NCBI GenBank assembly: GCA_951406725.2
Contig: OX597843.1
Span: 14,322,001-14,386,000, forward strand
Reading direction: 5' to 3'
Length of the DNA stretch: 64,000 bases
Source: Octopus vulgaris
Lineage: Eukaryota
Under the pieces are notes generated by a model. That model did not search any database and was not told the DNA's origin. It worked only from the letters and a program-made list of their open reading frames with translations. The translations under genes and the position numbers were made by a program. Positions 40,720 to 52,352 of the stretch are shown here, piece after piece (position 1 is the first letter of the stretch; each line of letters starts with the position of its first letter).

Positions 40720-41200
40720 ACGGTGGCTTGACAGGAGCTGGTAAGGCCAGGGGCTGCACCAAGTTCCATCTCGGTTTCTACAGCTGGATGCCCTTCCTAA
40801 TACCAACCACTTTACAGAGGATACTAGGTGCTTTTAACATGGTACCACCACCCATACCAATACTTTTTATGTTACACATTGGTTTTAGGATCTCTCTCTC
40901 TCTCTCTCTGGCCCCCAAAGCTGTATTTTGTCCAATCGTTTGTCCTTGTCCAACGTCCTAAATCACACTGTGTTATTTTGCTTGTTTTGTTTGCTCTCGT
41001 CTCATCCCTAATTCTCTGCAAGAAAACTTTTCGGGGGGAAAGGGGGGGGCATCGCCAATTGGGAAGTGGTCAGTCTTATCGTTAAAGGTGCAAAACTGAA
41101 CGGTAGCAATTGGTCAATAACTGATGAAGAATTACGAACCTTCTCTTTGTCCCCCATTCATTTTTACATTGTTTTTTGTTTATTTACCATACACTTTTTC

Positions 41201-41285
<85 letters not shown>

Positions 41286-41376
41286 GGGAAAGTTTACGAA
41301 AATAAACAAAAGACGAAGACAGGTGGTGTACAAAACAAACAGATGTATCTGTATAACGCTCGGGAATAGAAAAAGT

Positions 41377-41412
41377 CTTTTACGTTTCAAGCCTATGCTC
41401 TTCTACAGAAAG
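41377..41412 (-). ncRNA. Minimal type I hammerhead-like motif (A6U core)
   Basis: CTTT-CTGTAGA-A-GAGC ATAG GCTT-GAAAC-GTA-AAAG on the minus strand. Confidence 0.5.
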
Positions 41413-41514
41413 GGACACAAAAAAACAAGGAGAGAAACAAGGAGAAAGAAAAAAGGAGAGAAAAAATGTGTGTAGTGGCTAACGATCATCTTTGTATATC
41501 TTCCAAGGCATAGC

Positions 41515-41879
41515 TTCAGAAAGAAAGCTATGCCTGGCCATTTACAAAGAACTACTCAAAAGCAGATGAAACCCAGCACATATTTTGTTGCCCTGACACT
41601 CAGGGATCAAACACGATACCTTACAACATACCTATGTCTCATGGTCTACCCAGTCACCTTCCCATCTGCCTCTCCCTAAACCTCTTCTCCTTCCTCCCTA
41701 ATTATCTTGTTCTGACCATCCTTCAAAGCTTTTTCCTTATGAATGTTTATGGGTGTGTGTATGTGTATTGCTATACAGCTGTCATGCCAAGAATGGCTAT
41801 ACACTTGTACATACATACATACATACAGGAATATATACACACACAATGTAACTAAAATTAGTTAAGTTGGTATGCAGTG
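41515..41879. repeat. ~370-bp dispersed repeat, copy 2
   Basis: Matches 31230-31600. Confidence 0.85.
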
Positions 41880-41931
41880 CTTGTGTGTAATGTTACTGAT
41901 GTATACATTATATATAAATATATAATGTATA

Positions 41932-42323
41932 TGTGGTAAGGAGCTAGTTTACCAACCACATGGTTCCGGGTTCAGTCCCACTGCGTGGCACCTTGGGCAA
42001 GTGTCTTCTACTACAGCCTCGGGCCAACCAAAGCCTTGTGAGTGGATTTGGTAGACGGAAACTGAAAGAAGCCTGTCGTATATATGTGTATATATATATA
42101 TATGTATGTGTGTGTATATGTTTGTGTCCGTGTTTGTCCCCCTAGCATTGCTTGACAACCGATGCTGGTGTGTTTATGTCCCCCGTCACTTAGCGGTTCG
42201 GCAAAAGAGACCAATAGAATAAGTACTGGGCTTACAAAGAATAAGTCCCGGGGTCGAGTTGCTCGATTAAAGGCGGTGCTCCAGCATGGCTGCAGTCAAA
42301 TGACTGAAACAAGTAAAAGAGTA
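41932..42323 (+). mobile_element. SINE family A
   Basis: Near-consensus copy. Confidence 0.9.
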
Positions 42324-42826
42324 ATACACACACACACACACACACAGACATGATAGCATGTAGTACATAGTATTACAAGCTGTGACTCCTATCCAACAGA
42401 TTTCAGACCTCATCAATCATGACCACCCCTCTTTCCTCCACCCTTTATGGCTGAAAGAGAGAGGGGGTGGGGAGAAGAGATAAAGAAGGGAAGAAAGAGT
42501 GAAAAACAAACTATATATATATATATCTTGTTTCAGTCGGTGGTCTGTGGCCATGCTGGAGTACCACCTCGAATGGTTTTTACACTAATTTTTATTTTTT
42601 TTAAAGTCTGGTACTTGTTCTATCAGTTCTCTTTTAGCAAACTGCTAAGTCACATGGACATAAATCAACACTGGTAGAGTCAAGTAGTGTGTGTGTGTGT
42701 GTGTGTGACTGGTACTTGGTCGGGTACGACAACGAGGGTTCCAGTTGATCTGGTCAACGGAACAGCCTGCTAGCAGAATGAATGGACAAGTGGCTGAACA
42801 CTCCACAGACATGCATACCCTTAACG

Positions 42827-43255
42827 CAGTGCTGGATTAACCATTAAGCAAAATAAGCACGTGCTTAGGGCATCAAGGGAAGGAGGGGGGGACCACAGAA
42901 ATGGTAAATGGTTGACAGCACAAAAGAAATCACTTTAAACTTGTTAAAATAATATTCGGGATGCCTTTATCTCTGCTGAGTATAGATGCAGATTTGTTAC
43001 CAAAGATTAATTTTAAGGATCTGATCAAAGACTTTGCAATTCCAAAAAGTAGGAGGAACCGTTTCAAATCTAAATAAAATGGAAGGAAACAAAAATTAAA
43101 CCTTATTTTCCCTTTTACTGTTTTGTTTCGTTTTGAAAGATAAAAAATTATTTCATGGTTTGTTATTTGTTTCTATTTTGAATTACAGAATCTTTTATGG
43201 GGGCACCAAAACCTTTTGAGTGCTTAGGGCCTCGATGAGTCTTAATCTGGCCCTG
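42827..43255 (+). mobile_element. Internally deleted hAT transposon retaining the transposase C-terminus
   Basis: TIR CAGTGCTGGATTAA / TTAATCTGGCCCTG; TSD CCTTAACG; 42967-43077 translates LSLLSIDADLLPKINFKDLIKDFAIPKSRRNRFKSK*, like the end of the hAT dimerisation domain. Confidence 0.8.
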
Positions 43256-43261
43256 CCTTAA

Positions 43262-43468
43262 CCCTTTCATTACCAACCCAGCTCTGGCTCTGTAATACAG
43301 ATGTCTTGCTTTCATAAGTTTTGAATTAAAATCTTGCATCAAACCTTAGTCACAATTTATGTTCCTAACACTAGCTTAATGATAAGTAATTTTTCTAAAT
43401 TCTTTGTTATATTTAAAATAATTGAAAGAAACACAGAGCATCTCAAAATAAATACAGTAACGAAAGGG
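43262..43468. mobile_element. piggyBac-type MITE
   Basis: TTAA|CCCTTTCATTAC...GTAACGAAAGGG|TTAA. Confidence 0.85.
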
Positions 43469-44683
43469 TTAATGTAGTTTTCAGTGAGATTCTGCAGGAT
43501 ACAGAATATGACAAGAGGCACCCTTTGAGATGCAGGTACGAATCGTTTTTGAAGATGAAAAGACTGGAACAAAATGAAATGAAGTGTTTTGCTCAAGGAC
43601 ACAACTCAATGCCACTGGAAATTGAACCCACAACCTTACAGTCACAAGCTGAATATCCCAAACCCTTACATACTTATAAATGATGAGCTTCCACAGAGTT
43701 TTCGTCCACTAAATTCACTGGTCTGGAGTTGCAGGAGGACAGACTTGCCTCACCCACGTACAGCTATATACGAAAACCCCAAACTCTGCGTGCCTCAGGG
43801 CAGAAAACAAACAAACACCAACAAAATATAAATCCATTTCATTTTCTTTTCCCTTTTTTATAATCTAAGCACAAAGCCTGAAACTTTTAAAGGAAGGACT
43901 GGGGGATAGTCAATTACATTGATACCAGTAATTAACTGGTACTTATTTTATCACCACCCACCCCGCTCCCAAAGAAATTTGAAGATAGAATCGTAAAGCC
44001 AGACAAAGTACTTCTAAGAGATTGGTCTGATTTTCTGCATTAAAAATAAACCCACACAGCCAATCCTTTCAACCACCACCACCTTCCTGTCGCTGGAAAC
44101 GGAAATATTCGAAGCATTTCTGACCAATGTGTTGGAAGAAGATTTCGGAAACAGAAATGGTGGGAAAGCCCATTATATATACTCATTTACTTATTTCAGC
44201 CACTGGACTGTGGCCATGCTGGAGCACCACCTTAAAGTGTTTTTAGTTAAAGAGATCAACCCCAAGACATATTCTTTGTAGCCTAGTACTTATTCTATTG
44301 ATCACTTTGGCCCAAACCACTAAGTTACAGGGATGTAAACACACCGACATCGGTTGTCAAGTGGTGATTGGGGGAAGACAAACACACACACACACACACA
44401 TGACAGTCGTATGACAGTCTTCTTACAGTTTCTGTCTATCAAATCCACTCACAAGGCTTTGGTCGGCCCGAGGCTATAGTAGAAGATTCTTGCCCAAGGT
44501 GCCACGCAGTGGGACTGAACCCAGAGCCATCCAGTTGGAAAGCAAGCTTCTTACGACACATCCACTCCTGTGCCTATACACACACACATACATATATATA
44601 TACACAGTTCTATATTTAAGAGATGAGGAATTATGTACATTATTTACAATTGATGGATATTTGTCCTCATCTTGTTTGTTGTT

Positions 44684-44729
44684 AACACAACGTTTCGGCT
44701 GGTATACCCTCCAGCCTTCATCAGGTGTC
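44684..44729 (-). ncRNA. Minimal type I hammerhead ribozyme, canonical core (Penelope-type)
   Basis: GACAC-CTGATGA-A-GGCTGG AGGGTATA CCAGCC-GAAAC-GTT-GTGTT: 5-bp stem I, 6-bp stem II, palindromic AACGTT stem III. Confidence 0.8.
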
Positions 44730-44825
44730 TTAGGGAAATTTACATATATATTCTGATTGAATCTTCATGCATTAACATGTTCTTCCCTGCGACAATGTAA
44801 ACTTTGATTTAATCAAGATACCCTC

Positions 44826-44909
44826 GGCCTGACGAGTAGCCTGCAGTATACACTTCACTTGGATATTTACCACTTCTGAAGTTCTGCTCGCTATGAAGCA
44901 TATGTAGCC
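44826..44909 (+). ncRNA. Degenerate type I hammerhead-like motif with long loop II
   Basis: GGC-CTGACGA-GTAGC...GCTAT-GAAGC-ATAT-GTA-GCC (GAAG in place of GAAA). Confidence 0.4.
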
Positions 44910-45540
44910 CAGATCTTATCTGCTGCATTCCTTAGCTCTTGTTTTCTTATTCACACACTCGGCAAACCAGGTTTCCTATGTTGAAATATAAAAAGAACTT
45001 TTTTCAGTTTATATTCTGCTAAGAAAATAATCCTTAACCTTCCATCTCAATAAACCATTATCGTTCTTGAAAATTGTTTTTTGATTTTTACTACGGATTG
45101 CTTGAAACTAACTTTCTTCCTTGGATCTTGCATACATCCATTTATTTCCATCTGTTCCTCGCTGATGAAGGAAAAGTCGGAACCAAGTTGGGGGTAACTA
45201 TATTTTAATGAATTTGTTAGCTTGCATCCCTCTTTTTGGCACGTGGTGTAATAATACAAATAAAAATATTTTATGTGGTCAGACGATTAGCGTCTATTTT
45301 TCAGCATTTTGGCAATGAAAATTTTTGGTTCTTTTTGTCCTTATTTATAATTTTGTATTGAAAATTTCACCTTTTAAGGTATTTTTCATATGCTGGCCAC
45401 TGATAAAAGGTTTTGAAATTTTATCCTTATTTTAGAAGTTTATGTGTGTGTGTATGTATATATATATGTATATACCAGAGTAAACACATAAATGTGAAAC
45501 AAGGTGGAAAAAAGAGTACTCAAATACCAGGGGTAGAGTA

Positions 45541-45648
45541 ATATGCTTTATTTAAAAGCAGCAGAGTTAACAAAAACTGTCTGACAAACGGGGGAACGTG
45601 AAACTCAGAGTAACAGGTTTTGTTGAATCTCTGCTCTTTTAAATAAAG

Positions 45649-45653
<5 letters not shown>
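45541..45653 (+). ncRNA. Long hairpin capped by a type I hammerhead-like motif (G8A)
   Basis: CTGT-CTGACAA-ACG GGGGAA CGT-GAAAC TCAGA GTA-ACAG; stem I extends about 35 bp (ATATGCTTTATTTAAAAG.. / ..CTTTTAAATAAAGTATAT). Confidence 0.6.
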
Positions 45654-45682
<29 letters not shown>

Positions 45683-46860
45683 AGTAAAATAGAGGGAACT
45701 GAAAAGTAGTTGTGCTGAGGGTGATTGATGGTGGAGTGGATGAAAGTGTTGGGGTGGGGTGGGGGTGACAAAGTTTGAGAAGTATGTGAGTGAGAGTGAG
45801 TGGTGGTGGTGGTGAGTGGACATGAGTGACAATTAGTAAATATGAGTGGTGAGTGGGGGGGGGGCTTGATGTGCCTGCAATGTTACAGAGAAAGTGAGAG
45901 AGAGAGAGAGGGAGGAGACACTTGTTTCTGTAATCCCCCCCCCCCGTTTCCTACTTCCCCCCCCCCCCCCACATACACATACACAACAACACCCAAGCAT
46001 ATACCCCACTTCACTCTTTCTCCTCTTCAAAAATGTCAACTGGGTCAGGTCAACATCTACTGGCAGAGAGCAGGGGGTGGGGGTGGATGGATGCGAGGGA
46101 TGGGACGGAACCCAACCAAGCAGCCAGTCAACCAACCAGGCAACCAGCCAGACTCCCTGTAACATGACCCCTGCCAGCAACAATAACTCCAACTACCAGT
46201 GCAAAGGAGGGACACCTCTGGAGGGGAACTGGACCTGCTAGAAACAGCAGTCAAATCTCCCTCAAATTGCACCTTACTGTTTTATCTATGTGTATACATA
46301 TAAGTCAATGAAGGCAACCTCTACATGGGAGCTAGACCTGCTAGAAATAGCAGTGAAATCTCCCTCAAATCGCTTGTGAGTGAGGATGTATGAACTATGA
46401 CCCAGAGAAGGAAACCCTTTCAAATGCCAGATGTCTTCAAAATGGTCAGATTTGTCCAGCAGATCCAGGACATCACTAATGACAGACCAAAATGAGTCAA
46501 TGGTGGAGCCATGTAGCGTCTTTCCAACCATGTGGTTCCAGGTTCCGTCCCACTGCATGGCACCTTGGGCAAGTGTCTTCTAATATAGTCCTGGAACAAC
46601 CAAAAGCTTTGTGAGTGGACTTAGTAGATGGAATCTGAAAGGAGCCTATCATATATATAAGTTACAGGAACATAAACATATCAACAGGGTATTAAATGGG
46701 GTGTGGGTACAGACACACACACAGATACATATCATCATCATCATTCAATGCCTGTCTTCCATGCTAGCATGGGTTGGACATATTTATATGTGACCTCGTG
46801 AGTACTACCGGCGATTTTTTTTCCTCTGTCTTCCCTTCTTGGGATCTTTCCTTCTCCTAT

Positions 46861-46895
46861 GTTTCCGACGAAGAGCTCCACTCGAAACATTAAAC
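46861..46895 (+). ncRNA. Minimal type I hammerhead-like motif (U4C core) in element 46790-46992
   Basis: GTTT-CCGACGA-A-GAG CTCCA CTC-GAAAC-ATT-AAAC. Confidence 0.5.
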
Positions 46896-47004
46896 CCTCC
46901 TTCTTCCCTTCTTTCCTGAGCGTCCATATTATACTATATGTGTTCCACGTCCTTGCGTTGTTGTGTTTTTTGTTTTCTTGTTTGGATTAACTATATATAT
47001 ATAT

Positions 47005-48197
47005 TGTATAATTCACTAGTTATCGTTATAGATATTTAAGATCTATCTCCCTTATAGAAATTGGCTGCCGATTCTTCGCGGGGTTTTTCTCTTCCCTTCT
47101 CTCCCCCTCTTTTTACATTGTCGTCTGTCTGGACTCCTCTCTTCCTACCACCCGCCATGGCTATGCATACTTAAGCTAGTAAACTGCCTCATTCTTGATT
47201 CCGAATTCCTTTTGCCAAGTCTGTCCGTAAACGAAGTGATCTCAAGATAAGAAATCTTTGAACTCTAATTCATCCGTATCTCTATTTATTATTATTATTT
47301 ATTAATTATTATTATTCTGATCCCCCTAGTCGCCACTCTGTTTACTATTTCAGCCTCGCCTCGTTTTTGCATATTCTGTATAATTCACTAGTTATCGTTA
47401 TAGATATTTAAGATCTATCTCCCTTATAGAAATTGGCTGCCGATTCTTCGCGGGGTTTTTCTCTTCCCTTCTCTCCCCCTCTTTTTACATTGTCGTCTGT
47501 CTGGACTCCTCTCTTCCTACCACCCGCCATGGCTATGCATACTTAAGCTAGTAAACTGCCTCATTCTTGATTCCGAATTCCTTTTGCCAAGTCTGTCCGT
47601 AAACGAAGTGATCTCAAGATAAGAAATCTTTGAACTTTAATTCATCCGTATCTCTATTTATTATTATTATTTATTAATTATTATTATTCTGATCCCCCTA
47701 GTCGCCACTCTGTTTACTATTTCAGCCTCGCCTCGTTTTTGCATATTCTGTATAATTCACTAGTTATCGTTATAGATATTTAAGATCTATCTCCCTTATA
47801 GAAATTGGCTGCCGATTCTTCGCGGGGTTTTTCTCTTCCCTTCTCTCCCCCTCTTTTTACATTGTCGTCTGTCTGGACTCCTCTCTTCCTACCACCCGCC
47901 ATGGCTATGCATACTTAAGCTAGTAAACTGCCTCATTCTTGATTCCGAATTCCTTTTGCCAAGTCTGTCCGTAAACGAAGTGATCTCAAGATAAGAAATC
48001 TTTGAACTCTAATTCATCCGTATCTCTATTTATTATTATTATTTATTAATTATTATTATTCTGATCCCCCTAGTCGCCACTCTGTTTACTATTTCAGCCT
48101 CGCCTCGTTTTTGCATATTCTGTATAATTCACTAGTTATCGTTATAGATATTTAAGATCTATCTCCCTTATAGAAATTGGCTGCCGATTCTTCGCGG
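47005..48197. repeat. Tandem array, 372-bp unit, 3.2 near-identical copies
   Basis: TGTATAATTCACTAG at 47005, 47377, 47749, 48121. Confidence 0.95.
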
Positions 48198-48274
48198 CGC
48201 GCCAGCCCTACCCACCCCCACCACCAATACCGGATATCTCTATTTTGCTCCAACTATACCGGATGTCGTTTTCT

Positions 48275-49096
48275 CCCACCACCATTATAGGTGTCTACTC
48301 TTTGAACCCCCTCTTCAATACGCTATTTCACCATGCATTACCCCTCTCTCGATATCCTACGTTCTACTTGCCTAGAACCTGTCCTCTGGACCACCCCTCC
48401 CACTGGTGCTCACCCCTCCCACTGGTGCTCCCCTATATTTCTGCATCCCCCCACCACCATTATAGGTGTCTACTCTTTGAACCCCCCTCTTCAATACGCT
48501 ATTTCACCATGCATTACCCCTCTCTCGATATCCTACGTTCTACTTGCCTAGAACCTGTCCTCTGAACCACCCCTCCCACTGGTGCTCCCCTATATTTCTG
48601 CACCCCCCCACCACCATTATAGGTGTCTACTCTTTGAACCCCCTCTTCAATACGCTATTCACCATGCATTACCCCTCTCTCGATATCCTACGTTCTACTT
48701 GCCTAGAACCTGTCCTCTGAACCACCCCTCCCACTGGTGCCCACCCCTCCCACTGGTGCTCCCCTATATTTCTGCACCCCCCACCACCATTATAGGTGTC
48801 TACTCTTTGAACCCCCTCTTCAATACGCTATTTCACCATGCATTACCCCTCTCTCGATATCCTACGTTCTACTTGCCTAGAACCTGTCCCCTGAACCACC
48901 CCTCCCACTGGTGCTCCCCTATATTTCTGCACCCCCCACCACCATTATAGGTGTCTACTCTTTGAACCCCCCTCTTCAATACGCTATTTCACCATGCATT
49001 ACCCCTCTCTCGATATCCTACGTTCTACTTGACTAGTACCTGTCCTCTGAACCACCCCTCCCACTGGTGCTCCCCTATATTTCTGCACCCCCCCCA
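48275..49096. repeat. Tandem array, 5 units of 155-175 bp
   Basis: ACCATTATAGGTG at 48281, 48456, 48613, 48786, 48941. Confidence 0.95.
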
Positions 49097-50527
49097 TAAA
49101 AAGCACCATCCGAACGTGGCCGATGCCAGACCCCTCTGGCACCTGTGCAGGTGGCACGTAAAAAACACCCACTACACTCGCGGAGTGGTTGGCGTTAGGA
49201 AGGGCATCCAGCTGTAGAAACACTGCCAGACTAGACTGGAGCCTGGGGCAGTCCCGAGCTCCCCAGACCCCGGTCGAAACCGTCCAACCCGTGCTAGCGC
49301 GGAAAATGGACGTTAAACGATGATGATGATGATGATGATGATCACCGTGATCGACCAGGCCATCAGATGTTGCTACACATCGCTGGTCACAATGCGCTTC
49401 GCATTGTTTTAGCCTTCAAATGATGCCACCCCGCTGGCTAAGCGAGCAGGCCAACAGAAGAAAGAGTGAGAGAAAGAGTGGTGAAAGAGAACAGCAGGGA
49501 TTGCCACCACCCCCTGCCGGAGCCTCGTGGAGCTTTTAGGTGTTTTTGCTCAATAAACACTCACAACGACTGGTCTGGGAATCGAAACCGCAATCCTACG
49601 ACCACGAGTCCGCTGCCTTAACCAATGGGCCATTGCATCTCCACACACACACACATATATATATATGAAAAAGGGATAAGTACTAGAGCTGATTTGTTTG
49701 ACTAAAATCCTTCAAGGTGTGACCCCCAGCAATGTTTTTTAAAGCCTGGTACTTGTTCTATTGGACTCTTTTGCTGAACCGCTAAGTTACAGGAACATAA
49801 ATATACAAACAGGGTATTAAATGGGGTGTGGGTACAGACACACACACAGATACATATCGTCATCATCATTCAATGCCCATCTTCCATGCAAGCATGGGTT
49901 GGACATATTTATATAGACACACACAATTCCAGTTTCTGTCTACCAAATTCACATGCACATGGTACCAGTTGGCCCAGGGCTATAATAGTTTCATGCAGTG
50001 GAACTGAACCCAGAACCATGTGGTTGGGAAGCATACTTCTTACCACACAGCCACCTCTGTGCCTATATATATTTATATATATATTCTTTTACTTGACTGT
50101 GGCTATGCTGGAGCACCACCATAAGGGTTTTTTTTAGCTCAGCAAATTGACCCCAGGGCTAATTCTTTGTAAGCCTAGTACTTATTCTATCAATTTCTTT
50201 TGCCGAACTGCTAGGTTACAGGAATGTAAACATATATAGGTGCAGGAGTGGCTGTGTGGTAAGTAGCTTGCTTACCAACTACATGGTTCTGGGTTCAGTT
50301 CCACTGCGTGGCACCTTGGGCAAGTGTCTTCTACTATAGCCTCGGGCCGACCAAAGCCTTGTGAGTGGATTTGGTAGACGGAAACTGAAAGAAGCCCGTC
50401 GTATATATGTGTATATATATATATATATAACGGGAAGCTTTATGAAAATAGACAAAAGACGAAGGCAGGTGGAAAACAAACAAACAATTGTATTAGTATG
50501 GCGCTCAGGAAATATAAATGAAACAAG

Positions 50528-50565
50528 TCTTTAACGTTTCGAGCCTACGCTCTTCGACAGAAAGA
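50528..50565 (-). ncRNA. Minimal type I hammerhead-like motif (A6U core) in an element inserted in the (TA)n of a SINE A
   Basis: TCTTT-CTGTCGA-A-GAGC GTAG GCTC-GAAAC-GTT-AAAGA. Confidence 0.55.
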
Positions 50566-50800
50566 TACACAGAGAGAAAAAAAACACAGAAAGAAGGAGA
50601 GAAAAAAAATGCGTGCAGTAGCTAACGAATCAACATGGCGATCTGATTTCGGCCAGAGGTCAAAGATCAAACATGAGACGCGAGAGCGAAATAAGGGGAG
50701 ATAATAGGGTTGATAATAGGGTTGATAATAGGGTTGAAGGACCAGCTAATAGTGCGTAGGAGGGGTCTGGACGTGTGTATGTATAGGGTTGGTGTATGTA

Positions 50801-50840
<40 letters not shown>

Positions 50841-51663
50841 TGTGTGTGTTTGTGTGTCTGTGTTTGTCCCCCTAGCATTGCTTGACAACCGTTCAGCAAA
50901 AGAGACCGATGGAATAAGTACTGGGCTTACAAAGAATAAGTCCCGGGGTCGAATTGCTCGATTAAAGGCGGTGCTCCAGCAGGGCCGCAGCCAAATGACT
51001 GAAACAAGTAAAAGAGTAAAAGAGTAAAGAGTATATCAACACCAGCTGTAAAACGATGGTGTGGGGTGGAGTGGGACAGACACAAACATTTACACGACAG
51101 GCTTCTTTCAGTTTCCCTCTACCAAATCCATTCGCAAGGCTTTTGGTCAACCCGAAGCTATAGTAGAAGACACTTGCCCAAGGTGCCACGCAGTGAGACT
51201 GAACCCGGAACCATGTGGTTGGGAAGCAAGCTTCTCGCCACACAGCCACGCTGTATATAAAAGCCAGGAATTTATTCACCTATTCACACACACACAAAAG
51301 TACTTTTAACAAACACACACACACACACACACACAAGGTCATGAATTCAGGCTTTTAGGAGCACAAATTCAAGCCTGAACTCCCATAATCCTCTCAACAT
51401 GTGTCATCTACAAAGTGACAAGTGATGGCAGAGGAGGTGGTGAAGGGGGAGGGAGAGAAAGAGAGAGAGAGAGAAGTGGGGGAAGAAGAGCTGAGGAGGG
51501 TATGTAGCAGTGAGTGAGTGAGTGTTGGGACAGTATAGGAGTAGAGAGACAGGGGCAGATGGTAAGGGGGAGGCGGAGAAATGAACCGGATGGAGGGATG
51601 CAGATGCCTTGGAAGTGTTGGGGCCCAGCAGAGAGAGTGTCACTTGCAGCATAAGTGGAGGAA

Positions 51664-51697
<34 letters not shown>

Positions 51698-51799
51698 GGG
51701 ACAGGGTTTTGTATACCCAGAAGGTAGAGGTTTCATGCAATAATTGCTATTTGTTTTATGGTGCAGTTTTAAATGAAAACTTGGGTGCACATATCTACG

Positions 51800-52352
51800 T
51801 GTATTTCCTCTGCCCCTACGTTCTGAGTTCAAATTCCGCCGAGGTTGACTTTGCCTTTCATCCTTTCGGGGTCGATTAAATAAGTACCAGTTACGAACTG
51901 GGGTCAATATAATCGACTTAATCCGTTTGTCTTTCCTTGTTTGTCCCCTCTGTGTTTAGCCCCTTGTGGGTAGTAAAAAAATAGGTATTTCGTCTGCCGT
52001 TACGTTCTGAGTTCAAATTCCGCCGAGGTCAACTTTGCCTTTCATCCTTTCGGGGTCGATTAAATAAGTACCAGTTATGTACTGGGGTTGATATCGACTT
52101 AATCCATTTATCTGTCCTTGATTGTCCCCTCTGTGTTTAGCCCCTTGTGGGTAGTAAAAAAATAGGTATTTCGTCTGCCGTTACGTTCTGAGTTCAAATT
52201 CCGCCGAGGTCGACTTTGCCTTTCATCCTTTCAGGGTCGATTAAATAAGTACCAGTTATGTACTGGGGTCGATATAATTGACTTAATCCGTTTGTCTGTC
52301 CTTGTTTGTCCCCTCTGTGTTTAGCCCCTTGTGGGTAGTAAAGAAATAGGTA
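51800..52352 (+). mobile_element. Head-to-tail trimer of SINE family C (~182-bp unit)
   Basis: TTCTGAGTTCAAATTCCGCCGAGGT at ~51821, 52006, 52186; junction AAATAGGTATTTCGTCTGCC. Confidence 0.9.

Noticed and set aside
40320-40961. 213-aa ORF
   Set aside because: Read-through of SINE A, microsatellite and RTE 3' UTR fragments.
50700-50736. (ATAATAGGGTTG)3 and other TTAGGG-like bits as telomeric sequence
   Set aside because: Too short and embedded in mobile elements.
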